Part shown: piece by piece, positions 1 through 15,884 of the stretch | Numbering within the stretch: the stretch's first letter is position 1 | Layout: each line of letters opens with the position of its first letter | Translations under genes and position numbers: made by a program | The notes under the pieces: generated by a model | Told to the model about the DNA's origin: nothing | Databases searched by the model: none | The model's input: the letters and a program-made list of their open reading frames with translations, nothing else | From: Eledone cirrhosa | Taxonomy: Eukaryota | DNA: 64,000 bases | Reading direction: 5' to 3' | NCBI GenBank assembly: GCA_964016885.1 | Contig: OZ024745.1 | Span: 97,340,001-97,404,000, forward strand

Positions 1-88
1 TCTTCATCTCTATACTATGCTTGTAGATATCTAGATCCCAGTCTCTCTATTTCTCTCTTCATCTCTATGTCTATGCTTCTAGATATCC

Positions 89-158
<70 letters not shown>

Positions 159-365
159 ATCTCTCTTCATCTCTACGTCTATACTTCTAGATATCTAGAT
201 ACCAATCCCTCACATCTCTCTCTCTCCCACACACAAACACACACACTCTATCTCTCTCTATCTCTCTTCGTCTGTATGTCTATACGTCTAGATATCTAGA
301 TAGCAGTCCCTTACTCTCTCTCTTTCTCTCTTGTCTCGCGTTCTCTCTTGTTAGATATATCTTTC
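1..365. repeat. (CT)n-rich microsatellite / low-complexity tract
   Basis: Long ctctct runs with tctagata interruptions. Confidence 0.9.
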
Positions 366-399
366 CATCTTGTCCTTTCATGTCATTTTCTTTTTTTTT

Positions 400-1181
400 T
401 TTGCTGTTGCTGTTGTTGTTATTGCTGGTGCTGTTGTTATTGCTGTTGATGCTGCTGTTGTTGTTGTTATTATTGCTGGTGCTGTTGTTATTGCTGTTGA
501 TGCTGCTGCTGTTGTTGTTGTTGTTGTTATTGCTGTTGTTGCTGTTGTATTGTTTATTGCTGCTGTTGTTATTACTGCCGCTGCTGTTGTTATTGTTGTT
601 GCTGTTGTTATTGCTGGTGCTGTTGTTGTTAGTGTTGATACTATCATTGCTGCAGTTGTTGTTGTTGTTGATGTCGTTGTTGCTGCTTTTGTTATTGCTG
701 TTGTTACTGTTGCTGCTGTTTTTAGTGTGGCTACTTTTATTGTTGTTGCTGCTGTTGTTCTTGCTACTGCTGTGTACTGTTGTTGCTGTTGCTATTGCTG
801 TTGCTACTGTTATTGTTGCTACTGTTATTGTTGCTGCTGCTTTTGTTGTTGCTACTGCTGTTCTTGCTTCTGAGCATTGCTGCTGTTGCTATTGCTGTTG
901 CTACTGTTATTGTTGCTGCTGCTTTTGTTGTTGCTACTGCTGTTCTTGCTTCTGCGCATTGCTGCTGTTGCTATTGCTGTTGCTACTGTTATTGTTGTTA
1001 CTGTTATTGTTGCTGCTACTGTTGTTCTTGCTATTACTGTTTATTGTTGCTGCTGCTATTGTTGTTGCTACTGCTGTGTACTGTTGTTGCTGTTGCTATT
1101 GCTGTTGCTATTGATGTTGCTACTGTTATTGTTGCTGCTGCTTTTGTTGTTGCTGCTGTTGTTCTTGCTACTACTGTTTAA

Positions 1182-1215
<34 letters not shown>

Positions 1216-1399
1216 ATTGTTGTTGCTACTGCTGTGTACTGTTGTTGCTGTTGCTGTTGCTATTGTTATTGTTGCTGCTGCTTTTGTTGTTGCTACTGCT
1301 GTTCTTGCTTCTGCGCATTTCTGCTGTTGCTATTGCTGTTGCTACTGTTGTTGTTGTTGCAGTGGCTGTTTCTTCTGCTGTTGCCACTGCTGCTGCTGC

Positions 1400-1437
<38 letters not shown>
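400..1437. repeat. Degenerate (GTT/GCT)n trinucleotide array
   Basis: Continuous gtt/gct/att triplets; explains the poly-L/V/C ORFs. Confidence 0.95.
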
Positions 1438-1699
1438 CCAGCTATGAATCATGCTGCACGTTTGTTAATTGCATACATCAACTATAACCTATTGGATGTA
1501 CCGATATTGACACTCCCCCCCCCCCACTCGCCACCACTCCACTTCTTACCGACAGACAAACAACACTACGCACGCATGCAAATATATACACACTGCCCCC
1601 ACCACCACAGTACTCACTTATATATACACAATACAAATACACATACGTACACATATGCAAATATATGCATAGTCCTCACTAGAGCACACACATACATAG

Positions 1700-1867
1700 A
1701 TATATATATATATATAAATATAAATATATATAAATATATATATATATATATAATTAAGCACATACAAGCACATGCATACACAGACACACAAGGACATGCA
1801 TGCACACACATGCACATACAATATATACATACATATATATATAAATAGTGAATATATGTATATATAG

Positions 1868-1945
<78 letters not shown>

Positions 1946-1946
1946 A

Positions 1947-1992
<46 letters not shown>

Positions 1993-1993
1993 A

Positions 1994-2034
<41 letters not shown>

Positions 2035-2040
2035 AGTGAA

Positions 2041-2094
<54 letters not shown>

Positions 2095-2095
2095 A

Positions 2096-2185
<90 letters not shown>

Positions 2186-2189
2186 TTCA

Positions 2190-2276
<87 letters not shown>

Positions 2277-2457
2277 TTAATATAGATGAGATTCTACAGG
2301 ACTAGAACTGTTTCATTCTTTAGAAATCATCTGATGATTTCTAAAGAATGAAACAGTTCTAGTCCTGTAGAATCTCATCTATATTAAAACTTTTATACTC
2401 TGCAATGTATTGAGTACCTTACTTACTGTGGTTACCTCCGATTCAACCCGGAATAAC

Positions 2458-2535
<78 letters not shown>

Positions 2536-2720
2536 TTCACTATATATATATATATATGCATATATTCACTACATATATATATATATACATATATTCACTA
2601 TATGTATATACATATATTCACTATATATATATATATATATATACATATATTCACTATATATATATACATATATTCACTATATATATATACATATATTCAC
2701 TATATATATATATATATATA

Positions 2721-2790
<70 letters not shown>
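1700..2790. repeat. (TA)n array interrupted by a short inserted element
   Basis: TA runs with tagtgaa (left) and ttcacta (right) interruptions. Confidence 0.95.
2273..2461 (+). mobile_element. Short HHR-bearing element, family A, with 59-bp-arm fold-back palindrome (2273-2391)
   Basis: CTGATGA-tttctaaagaat-GAA-ACAG-ttctagtc-CTGT-A at 2331-2369; perfect inverted copy to the left; TATTGAGTAC tail; homologous to 24034-24223 and 52186-52330; TA on both sides. Confidence 0.75.
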
Positions 2791-2794
<4 letters not shown>

Positions 2795-3029
2795 CACATA
2801 CAAATACGACTGTTGTGCGACAGTCAATAAAAAAACGCGTTCTTAGTTCATATTTCAGAAATTCTAATGTTTTACCCCCCTCCTCCCTCCCTCCCATACA
2901 TCTAAACAGGTTTAAACCAAATTAGTCTTTAATCTTTTGCAAAAACAATCCGAAATGTTTTCATGTGTGGAATATCGTTGAATGTCATCACCATGCCCCC
3001 CCCCCCCCTCCTCCTCCCCCTCCTCCTCA

Positions 3030-3050
3030 GCATCATCATCATCATCATCG

Positions 3051-3094
<44 letters not shown>

Positions 3095-3330
3095 GTCATC
3101 GTCGTCATCATCATCATTATCAGTGCTAACATAATACAACAACAACCATTGGCGATGGTGATGGTGATATTCAACATCTTCATCATTATCATCATCATCA
3201 TCATCTTCATTATCATTATCATCATCATCATTATTATCATCATTTTTGAGGGGAAGGGGTGATGGCTTTGATTTTGATGACGATGAGCATTTTGTTGATA
3301 GTGGTGGTGGTGTCGTGGGTCATGGTAACG

Positions 3331-3366
<36 letters not shown>

Positions 3367-3570
3367 GTAACAAGATGACGAGAGCGGTTGTGTTAACGAT
3401 AATGTTGTTGACGATGATGGTCATGATGATTAGAATGGTGATAACAAATGACAATAGAAGATGGTGAAGGTGAGGGGGAAGATGATGGTAGTGAGTGCAA
3501 TCATTAAGATAGTGTTACTGATGATGATAACGATGATGATGATGATGATGATAATGATGATAATAATAGT
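3030..3570. repeat. (CAT)n, (GCT)n and (GAT)n microsatellites
   Basis: Trinucleotide runs. Confidence 0.9.
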
Positions 3571-3849
3571 TTCTACTTTTAGCACAAGGCCAGCCTTTTA
3601 CCCAGTGCATTACTGGTACTTTATTTTATGAGTACCATGACCTCTCACACCACCACCACTACTAACAAAATCCTCATCGTCATCAAAATCAAAAAGCGAT
3701 CACCCCTCAAAAACTGTTACCATAACAACATAAATGCCAACAACAGGATTTGCACTTTCCCAACCTCCAAAGTGTGCCAAACGGAGGGACTAAACTGTTA
3801 AAACAACAAAACAATTAGTCATTACGAAAATACTCAAATATTTGCTCTC

Positions 3850-6800
3850 TACTTTACAGTACACTACATTACACAACACTACAAAACTACACTATACTAC
3901 ACTACACTACATTACACTAGATTACACTACACTACATTACACTACACAACTACACTATACTACACTACACTACACAACATTACATTCACCACACTACACT
4001 ACAGTACACAAAACTACACAACTATACTACACTACACTACATTACATTACACAACACTACACAACTACACTACATTACGTTACATTACACAACACTACAC
4101 AACTACACTATAGTACACTACATTACACTAAACTACATTACACAAGACTACACAATTATACTACACTACACTACATTACATTACACAACACTACACAACT
4201 ACACTACATTACATTACATTACACAACACTACACAACTACACTATAGTACACTACATTACACTAAACTACATTACACAACACTACACAATTATACTACAC
4301 TACATTACATTACACTACACTACACAACTACACTATAGTACACTACATTACACTAAACTACATTACACAACACTACACAATTATACTACACTACATTACA
4401 TTACACTACACTACATTACACAATACTACACAACTATACTACACTACAAAAAACTACACAACTATACTACACTACATTACACTACATTACACTACACTAC
4501 ACTACATTACACTACACTACATTACACTACATTACACTACACTACATTACACTACATTACACTACATTACACTACACTACATTACACTACATTACATTAC
4601 ATTAAATTACATTACATTACAATTCATTACATTACACTACAATACACTACACTACACTACACTACATTACACTACACTACATTACACTACACTATGTTAC
4701 ACTACAGTACATTACACTACATTACACTACATTACATTACATTAAATTACATTACATTACAATTCATTACATTACACTACAATACACTACACTACACTAC
4801 ACAACATTACACTACACTACATTACACTACACTATGTTACACTACAGTACATTACACTACATTACACTACATTACATTACACTACATTACATTACACTAC
4901 ATTACACTACACTACATTTTACTACACTACATTACATTACATTACATTACACTACATTACATTACACTACATTACATTACATTACATTACACTACATTAC
5001 ATTACACTACATTACATTACACTACACTACATTAGACTACACTACATTACACCACACTACACTGCACTACACTACATTACACTACAGTACATTACACCAC
5101 ATTACACTACATTACATTACATTACACTACATTACATTACACTACATTACACTACATTACATTACACTACATTACATTACATTACATTACACTACATTAC
5201 ATTACACTACATTACATTACACTACACTACATTAGACTACACTACATTACACCACACTACACTGCACTACACTACATTACACTACAGTACCTTACACCAC
5301 ATTACACTACATTACATTACATTACACTACATTACATTACACTACATTACACTACATTACATTACACTACATTACGTTACACTACACTACATTAGACTAC
5401 ACTACATTACGTTACACTACACTACATTAGACTACACTACATTACACCACACTACACTGCACTACACTACATTACACTACAGTACATTACACCACATTAC
5501 ACTACATTACATTACATTACACTACATTACATTACACTACATTACACTACATTACATTACACTACATTACATTACACTACACTACATTAGACTACACTAC
5601 ATTACACCACACTACACTGCACTACACTACATTACACTACAGTACATTACACCACATTACACTACATTACATTACATTACACTACATTACATTACACTAC
5701 ATTACACTACATTACATTACACTACATTACATTACACTACACTACATTAGACTACACTACATTACACCACACTACACTGCACTACACTACATTACACTAC
5801 AGTACATTACACCACATTACACTACATTACATTACATTACACTACAGTACATTACATTACACGACACAACATTACACTACACTACACTACATTACACTAT
5901 ACTACACTACATTACACTATACTACACTACACTACACTACACTACACTATATTACACTACACTACATTACACTACACTACACTACACTACACTACACTAC
6001 ACTGCATTACATTACACTACATTACACTACATTACACTACACTACACTACATTATACTACATTACACTACACAACACTACACTACACTACATTACATTAC
6101 ATTACACTACATTACACAACACTACACTACAGTACATTACAGTACATTACATTACATTACACTACATTACACTACATTACACTACATTACATTACATTAC
6201 ACTACACTACACTACACTACACTACACTACACTACATTACACTACACTACATTACACTACATTACACTATCCTACATTACACTACACTACATTACACTAC
6301 ACTACATTACATTACATTACACTACATTACACTATATAACATTACATTACACTACACTACATTACACTACACTACATTACACTACACTACATTACACTAC
6401 ACTACATTACATTACATTACACTACACTACACTACACTACACTACATTACACTACACTACATTACACTACATTACATTACACTACATTACACTACACTAC
6501 ACTACACTACACTACACTACATTACACTACACTACATTACACTACATTACACTATCCTACATTACACTACACTACATTACACTACACTACATTACATTAC
6601 ATTACACTACATTACACTATATAACATTACATTACACTACACTACATTACACTACACTACATTACACTACACTACATTACACTACACTACATTACATTAC
6701 ATTACACTACACTACACTACACTACACTACACTACATTACACTACACTACATTACACTACATTACATTACACTACATTACACTACACTACACTACACTAC

Positions 6801-8700
6801 ACTACACTACATTACACTACACTACATTACACTACACTACACTACACTACACTACACTACATTACACTACACTACATTACACTACACTACACTACACTAC
6901 ACTACACTACACTACATTACACTACACTACATTACACTACATTACACTATATAACATTACATTACACTGCAATACATTACATTACACTACACTACACTAC
7001 ACTACAATACACTACATTACACTACACTACATTACACTACATTACACTACACTACACTACATTACACTACACTACATTACACTACACTACACTACACTAC
7101 ATTACATTACACTACATTACATTACATTACACTACATTACACTACGTTACATTACACTACATTATATTACAGTACATTACACTACATTTCACTACACTAC
7201 ACTACATTACACCACACTACATTACACTACACTACATTACACATTACACTACACTACACCACACTACATTACACTACATTACACTACACTACATTACACT
7301 ACACTACATTACACTACACTACATTACACCACACCACATTACACTACACTACATTACACTACATTACACTACATTACACTACACTACATTACACTACACT
7401 ACATTACATTACATTACACTACATTACACCACACTACATTACACTACACTACACTACATTACATTACACTACATTACACTACATTACACTACATTACACT
7501 ATACTACACTACACTACATTACACTACATTACACTACATTAAACTACATTACATCACACTACACCACACTACATTACACTACATTACATTACACTACACC
7601 ACACTACACTACACTACATTACACTACATTACATTACACTACACTACACTACACTACACTACATTACACTACTCTACATTACACTACACTACACTACACT
7701 ACACTACACTACACTACACTACACTACACTACACTACATTACACTGCACTACACTACACTACATTACACTACACTACATTACACTACACTACACTACACT
7801 ACACCACACCTCACCACACTACATTACACCACACTACATCACACCACACTACACTACATCACACTGCACTACACTACACTACACTACATTACACTACACT
7901 ACATTACACTACGTTACACTTCACTACATTACACTACACTACATTACACTACACTACATTACACCACACTACACTACATTACACTACATTACACTACACT
8001 ACATTACACCACATTACATTACACTATACTACATTACACTACACTACACTACATTACACTACATTACATTACACTACACTACACTACATTACACCACATT
8101 ATATTACACTACACTACACTACATTACACTACACTACACTACGTTACACTACATCACTCTACATTACACTTCACTACATTACACTACACTACATTACACT
8201 ACACTACATTACACTACATTGCACTACTTTACACTACATACACTACACTACATTACACTACACTGCACTACATTACACTACATTACATTACACTACACTA
8301 CACTACATTACACTACACTACATTACACCACACTACATCACACCACACTACATTATACCAAACTACACTACGCTATACTACGTTACACAACACTACATTA
8401 CACCACATTACAGTACACTACATTTCACTATACTACACTACATTACACCACACTACATTATACCATACTGCACTACACTACAATAACTACACTGCACAAA
8501 GTACACTATACTACACTACATTATACTACACTACAATTCCTAAACTGCAGTACAGTGCACTATACTACACTATATATCAATACACTACACAACACTACTT
8601 TATACATCAATACACTACATTGCCGTACTCTACTCTATATTACACTACATTGCACTATAATGCACTACACAACACCCACAAGACCACACAAGACCACACA
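3850..8700. repeat. ~4.8 kb (ACACT/ACATT)n pentanucleotide satellite
   Basis: Continuous actac/attac units. Confidence 0.97.
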
Positions 8701-9189
8701 ATACACTCAAGACCACACAACACACACAATACCCACAAGGCCATACAACACCAATCGACTTTTTATGGTAGTAACACCAATTTCCATACTGTATTTCTGT
8801 CAAACTTTGTTCAAAATGTCAACGATGGTTATTTTCATAACGACAAGCGGTGTATATACAAGTTTATCCTTTCGTAGGGGAGGTGCCCTGGGGATGGTTA
8901 GAATAGACAGCAGTTTGATTGAAGATCTCCACAGCATGGTGGGCAACAGTTATAGAACATCCAAAATTAGCAGCCTGAGCTCGAAAACTCCATGTAAACT
9001 TATGTTGTTGGCAATTCTCGATAGTGTCTCTGATGATAAACTATTTCATTCATACGTTATAACAGATCTTAAGATGATATAAGGAAAAACTCAACAGTTT
9101 GTCATACTTAGAGTATAATATCGAAAAACAAATTATTTTTTTAATTTCCAAAATCATTAATTGACATTTACATTTGTGGTTATAATAAT

Positions 9190-9375
9190 TGTTTTTACTT
9201 AAGCACAACGCCAGCAATATGAAGGGGAGGGGAACGTCGATTAAATCGACCCCAGTGTATTACTGGTACTTTATTTTATCGACCCCGTAAGGATGAAAGG
9301 CAAAGCTAACTTCGGCGGGATTTGAACTCAGAAAGCAACGGGCCGTAATTCTATGCTACGAATCATGGTGTCAAT
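9190..9375. mobile_element. SINE (octopus OK-like family)
   Basis: actggtactttattttatcgaccccgtaaggatgaaaggcaaag...ggatttgaactcag motif with a tRNA B-box-like gagttcaaatccc on the opposite strand; many copies in the window. Confidence 0.75.
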
Positions 9376-10065
9376 ACGACCAGTGATTGCATCATGTTGG
9401 TCAAAAATATGTTTAAAGTTACATCATTTAAGAGAGAAAACTATTGTTACTTTATTCACACATATAGTCTGTGTAAATATATAGTTCAACAAACAAATAT
9501 CAATAATTGTTAATCATCAGTATACCATTGTATGCTACTGTAGATACTGAATTACGTAAATCAAATATATTAGCTCTTAAATCAATATTCTATATCTAAC
9601 TTTATACAACTCTAGCATGTATTATAAAAATGCTGGCTGGTAGATATGATCGAAGGTCGTAGTATATGTAGTTTAGTTTCATAACACAAAATTATGATTG
9701 GAATCCTGTCGGAATCGATTTGTGTTTTCTTTTCATCTATTTACTATCAATGACATGAAATAACAGTGATGTACTAGGGAAGCCACAAACAACCACATTC
9801 CATCCATAAATATTTATAGGAATGTGAAGGTATATAAAACATCGAAAAACGAATATCGAAATATATCTATGGCATAAACTTTGATATGCAGTATATATAT
9901 AAAGCAGTGAGAGGGACTGAGAGAGAAAGAGACACATATATAGATATCTGAGTATGTGTATGTGTGTGTGGGGGGGGGGGGGGGGGGTGTACGCGAAAAT
10001 TCAACATTTGAAAACAAAGGAGTACAATCGTGTACAATACAAAATATATAATACACACACACACA

Positions 10066-10114
<49 letters not shown>

Positions 10115-10139
10115 GACGTAAAATATATATGAAAGACGT

Positions 10140-10207
<68 letters not shown>

Positions 10208-10314
10208 GTATATATACTATGAATAAATATATAAAACAAACTCAATATTTCCAACTGTTACATGTACTGACCAATAATATTTATCAAACAATGAAATATT
10301 CAATTTTCCATATC

Positions 10315-10995
10315 TCATTCCAGCCTTTCTGTCACAGATCCGACCACAGCTTGCCCCTACATCAACCCCAGGAGATTCCCATAGCTCATTCCTTCCCTTC
10401 TGTCACAGATCCGACCATAGCTTCCAACTCTCCCTACCTTCGGAGATTCCCATGGCTCATTCCTTCCCTTCTGTCACAGATCCGACCGCAGCTTCCCCTA
10501 CATTAACCCCAGGAGATTCCTTTAGCTCATTCCTTCCTTTCTGTCACAGATCTGACCGCAGCTTCGCTCTACATTAACCCCAGGAAATTCCCATATCTCA
10601 TTCCTACCCTTCTGTTACAGATCCAACCACAGCTTCCCCTTCCCCCTCCCCCTACCTTCGGAGAATTCCATAAGTCATTCCTGCCTTACTGTCACAGATC
10701 CGTCCTCAGTTTCCCCCTACATTAACCCCAGGAGATTCCTATAGCCCCTTCCTTCCCTTTTGTCGCAGATCCGACCACAGTTTCCCACTCCCCTAACCTC
10801 GGAGATTTCCATAGTTCATTCCTACATTTCTGTCACACATCCGAACACAACTTCCCACTCCCCCTAACCTCGGAGATTTCCATAGCTCCTCCCTTCCCTT
10901 CTGTCTCAGATCCGGCCACAGCTTTCCACTCTCCCTCTCCTCGGAGATTTCCATATCTCATTTCTGCCCTTCTCTCACAGATCCGGCCAGCCCTT
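10315..10995. repeat. ~70-bp tandem minisatellite, about 10 copies
   Basis: Repeated ttccttcccttctgtcacagatccgaccacagcttcccc...ggagattcccatagctca. Confidence 0.9.
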
Positions 10996-11259
10996 TCCTC
11001 TACCGGATGTTCCCTTGTCTGTTGAAATATATGAGTCATGAAGCTTGCTGTCTCCGCCAGCCAATCAGCAGTAATCTCATTTGATGGAAAGAAACCGGCT
11101 TTAACTAACAAACATCAGCCTAGAAAATTACCAAATCAAGCGATAACATTTTTCTTCGTCGTAAAATTTTACATTTCACCGACAAGGACAAACTTACTGA
11201 ATGTTCCACGTTATGTTACTACTCAGCAAGCTATTGTATAATACCCAAACCTGTTTAGA

Positions 11260-11611
11260 TACATACATACATACATACATACATACATACATACATACAT
11301 ACATACATACATACATACATACATACGTACATACGTACATACATACATACGTACATACATACATACATACATACGTACATACATACATACATACATACAT
11401 ACATACATACATACATACGTACGTACATACATATATACATACATACATACATACATACATACATACATACATACATACGTACGTACGTACATACATACAT
11501 ACGTACGTACGTACGTACGTACGTACATACATACATACATACATACATACATACATACATACATACATACATACATACATACATACATACATACATACAT
11601 ACATACATACA
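11260..11611. repeat. (CATA)n microsatellite
   Basis: acatacat/acgtacgt run. Confidence 0.95.
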
Positions 11612-12020
11612 TGGTGGCTGCCAACTCGTTTTCGAGTACGGTCACTACTTTATATCCATGTAGGAGAACCCCTACCGATGCGCTGAACGAGCGTGACTTT
11701 TTAGTCCAGCCAACGACTTGAAAACTCTGGTACAAACACTACACTTGTGACAATTATTGACATATAGTGCTGGGCCCATGGTACCATGTGATGACAAGTG
11801 CAGAAAGATCTCCAGATATAAAGCAATGCCTGTGCCGTGAAGCTTTTATAGTGAGCAAAGGCACTGCACAAAGCCAGTCCCACTCTCTTAACCAAGATGA
11901 TATTTACCAAAAAGAAGAACAAATCAACATCATTGGATACCATCAGGGTTGCAGGTGTTATATCAGAGTTTTCCTTCTAGAATTCTGCCTTGACAAAGGC
12001 TAAGGGGTCATCTCTCCCGG
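11612..12020 (-). mobile_element. RTE-like LINE-derived non-autonomous fragment
   Basis: Reverse complement of ~36060-36430, which encodes a C-terminal C2H2-type motif (HKCSVCTRVFKSLARLKSH) typical of RTE ORF ends. Confidence 0.6.
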
Positions 12021-12592
12021 ACATACATACATACATACATACATACATACATACATACATACATACATACATACATACATACATACATCTTTTACAACCT
12101 TGCCACCAGGAAGGTGGCCGGTCAAAAAAAGAGAATATTTTTTTCATACATACATTTATAAAAAAAAAAAAAAAAGAATTATATCTGTGTATATATTATT
12201 TAAGGTCGGACCGAGGAAACAATGTTTCCGTTAGTCTTTCCAATTGCTAATACTAACTATCGGCCGCAACTAGAAGGAGCAACGGGAAATAAAGTGTCTT
12301 GTTCAAGGGGACATAACACATCGCCCGGTCCAGGAATGGAATATACACATGTATATATAAACAATATATTAATAAATGGAAACTATATTTAAAAACCATA
12401 TTTATTTCATTATACATATTTCAGGGATACCAAAGCAAATTATGGTGCACTTTCATCAGATAAAATATAATATAGATCAGTTTTATAAACAAATATTGAC
12501 ATACCCTTAAAAGAATGCGACCATGTCTGTTGGAAGCTCCCGGATAGTAGGGTTACTAATTTTATTATTGGTCTATTATGCAATATATATAT

Positions 12593-12785
12593 ATAACGAA
12601 GGAAATGTGGTAAGGAACCAGATGGACCATAACGCACCAAAGTACTCAATACTTAGGGCAGTAGAGTGGGTAATAGGAACGAGTAGGACCCCGACGGCTG
12701 AGCTCAAGCCGTTTCAACGGCTAATTCTGGACTCAGAATTAGCCGTCGAAACGGCTTGATGCCAGCCGTCGGGGTCCTACTCGTT

Positions 12786-12790
<5 letters not shown>
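12593..12790 (-). mobile_element. Short element, family B (3' half of HHR-like motif, fold-back palindrome 12673-12790)
   Basis: GAA-ACGGCT-tgagctc-AGCCGT-C-ggggtcc; inverted duplication; TA-flanked; copies at 25655, 39503, 40628, 62467. Confidence 0.7.
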
Positions 12791-12822
<32 letters not shown>

Positions 12823-13024
12823 TAATAAAAATAATGACCAGTCATGCACTGGGGTCGATTTAATCGACTTTCCCCTCCTCCCAAATTACTGACCTTGTGC
12901 CTATTGTAGAAATCATTATTTTCTCCCTTAAATATTCAACACATATAAAGAGCCTCTACGTGGTCACACGACTTGCTAGATATAGCATGGAAACCTTCCT
13001 CAAACTACAGTATACTATCTTGAA

Positions 13025-13215
13025 AATAATTGTTTCTACTTTAGGCACAAAGCCAGCAATTACCCAGTGCATTACTGGTACTTTATTTTATCGACCCCGT
13101 AAGGATGAAAGGCAAAGTCAACCTCGGCGGGATTTGAACTCAGATGGTAAAGGGACGTAACTATGCTGGAAAGCATGGCGTCCGACCCTCTACTGATACT
13201 GCCAATCCACCGCCT
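13025..13215. mobile_element. SINE (OK-like)
   Basis: Near-identical to 40286-40473. Confidence 0.8.
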
Positions 13216-13717
13216 ATGAAAAATATGATAAATAATGACAGTAAGGGGAAGACAGAAGAGTGTGACAGTCGCTATGGTATAATTCAGTTTCTCCCTGCAG
13301 GCAAAATAGAGAAAGCATTGACGCGAAGAACAGCCAGCGACACCCGCTACATCAGCCACTCTATCTCACAGACTTCCACCTCAGGAGGGATGCACTCCCT
13401 CCGATTTTGCGAAGGAAAACAGCAGTCTGGGGACTAAAAATCTCGTCAAGTCGATAAAGAATAAAAGAAAGAATAAAGTAGCTTAATAAGAGGGACGAGG
13501 GAGTGAAGGGGAGAAAGGAAAATAAATAAAGATATAAATAGAGAGAGAACAAAGATGTAATGAAAGATTAAATTGGAAAAGGAAAGGGACTGAGGTACGC
13601 AATTATATTAATCATTTGGGTGTGGAATTTAGTTTTACGGGCAAAGCTGTCTGCCGGGGGACCACGAGGCGGACCCTTGAAAATTGAGTAGTAAATACAC
13701 ACACACACACACCCACA

Positions 13718-13755
<38 letters not shown>

Positions 13756-13756
13756 T

Positions 13757-13997
<241 letters not shown>

Positions 13998-14004
13998 TAT
14001 TGGT

Positions 14005-14135
14005 GCCACAAAATGGTGGTTTATTTGATGGAATATGGATAGTAGTTAACTCTTTTGATACCAAACCATTTGAAACCACTTTTATTTCTCATAGTAATTC
14101 CATCATAATCTATTTATCGTGTGTGCATGTGGGTA

Positions 14136-14174
<39 letters not shown>

Positions 14175-14453
14175 GTTTCTACTTTGGCACAAGGCCAGCA
14201 GTTATCCCAGTGCATTACTGGTACTTTATTTTATCGACCCCCTAAGGATGAAAGGCAAAGTTAACCTCGGCAGGATTTGAACTCAGATCGTAAAGGCCCG
14301 TAACTCCACGGGCCTTTACGATCTGAGTTCAAATCCTGCCGAGGTTAACTTTGCCTTTCATCCTTAGGGGGTCGATAAAATAAAGTACCAGTAATGCACT
14401 GGGATAACTGCTGGCCTTGTGCCAAAGTAGAAACAATTATATTTTTATATATA

Positions 14454-14515
<62 letters not shown>

Positions 14516-14646
14516 TACCCACATACACACACGATAAATAGATTATGATGGAATTACTATGAGAAATAAAAGTGGTTTCAAATGGTTTGGTATCAAAAGA
14601 GTTAACTACTATCCATATTCCATCAAATAAACCACCATTTTGTGGC
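14005..14646. repeat. ~640-bp near-perfect palindrome (unique DNA + TA tract + truncated SINE), 6-nt spacer at 14302-14307
   Basis: gccacaaaatggtgg... pairs with ...ccaccattttgtggc; centre taaaggcccgt-aactcc-acgggccttta. Confidence 0.9.
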
Positions 14647-14989
14647 TCATATGCAATATTAGTTCAATAATTTATAGGCATAAATGTTGTCTCTATAGTA
14701 GTGATTTCTGATGAAATTAATGAACAGGATTAATAAATTTATCAGTTCATTAGAAATTAATTACATGCAAGATATTCTGATCACATAAAAAGATATCCTA
14801 ATTCTGTAATAATCTATTACTATTTAAAGCAGGTGAAGTGGACTGCAAACATCAAACGAGGAATAAGAAAAGGATAAACTACAGACTTCTGCCATGCTCG
14901 CCAAAGAGTTATTAGAACTTAAAACCGAATGAAATGTGTTGTGCTTTGTGTCTATATGTATGTTTCTGGTTAATTGAAATACTTGGTAG

Positions 14990-15465
14990 GATCATTCGTG
15001 GTCCCGACATTCGCGGTTTCAGTTATACGCGAGATTTTCCTTAGAACCTGATTACCGTATTTCCCGGCGCCGAAGACGCTTCATCCTCAAGGATGCACCC
15101 TAATTTTGACAACCAAAAATTTGAAAAAAAATAATAAACAACCTTCGGCCTCCAGGACCCATGGTAGATTTTTGAGACTTATTTTAGGAAAAAAGTAGCG
15201 TCTTCGATGCCGGGAACTACTATAATAATTGCTCGTGGAAACCACCGCATATTTTTTTATGGCTTTTTTAGTGGCAATATATATTTTTTCGCGCTTTTTA
15301 TCGCTAAATTATTAATAACACTATACCGTATTCGTCGGCCTATATCTTATGTTATGTTTTGACGCTTCTAGACATTTTTATGGACCACGTCCAATATTCG
15401 CGGTTTTTCGCTTTTTCGCCAGTGCTCTAGGAACATAACCTCGCGAATAGCGGGGGACAACTGTA
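14990..15465. mobile_element. Tigger/pogo-like remnant with nested MITE (15054-15220)
   Basis: Right end cgcgaatagcgggggacaactg-ta; nested ta-ccgtatttcccggcg element homologous to 23306-23490. Confidence 0.55.
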
Positions 15466-15537
15466 CTTGGTAAGATCAATGTTTCTAAAGAATTGTGTCC
15501 ATTGAAGCTTAGTTTATTTTGTTTTAATATATTTCAG

Positions 15538-15722
15538 ACCCTTCGAATCTGGAACTGTATCAATGGAGAGTGCAATCGAACAATTCAAATTTCCCGAGCC
15601 GATCCAATAGTAGCTGTCAGCTATAGTTGTGGTTACATCGCTTATGCCCACGGTACCACTGTTACAGTTATTCAACTCTCTAATGATGACTTCGTGTTGG
15701 AATATAGTGAACATAAAGACAG
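15538..15722 (+). CDS. Internal exon of a WD40-repeat protein gene
   Basis: tttcag acceptor and gtatgt donor; encodes TLRIWNCINGECNRTIQISRADPIVAVSYSCGYIAYAHGTTVTVIQLSNDDFVLEYSEHKDR (WD40 IWN and EH motifs); ends in phase 2, matching exon 28611. Confidence 0.85.
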
Positions 15723-15884
15723 GTATGTTAAATTCCATATGGTTTAATAACGATTTGTTACATTGATATCATCTTAAAAATTACAATCAATAGAATATGA
15801 CCACAGCAAGTAAATAGTAGTTATCTTATTGACACTGCATGTATGATAGACAAAGTAACCTCTTGATACTTGTTCAATTGACCG

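Noticed and set aside
370-8700. Long ORFs (poly-L/V/C, YI, HYTTL)
   Set aside because: Translations of microsatellites; open in several frames and both strands, with no domain signal.
8750-9085. Complex island that might be an exon or a LINE relic
   Set aside because: No convincing splice sites or motif; only a vague RT-like resemblance on the minus strand, with stops.
10315-10995. Possible CRISPR-like array (also 20560-21040)
   Set aside because: No unique spacers, no cas genes, eukaryotic context; these are plain tandem repeats.
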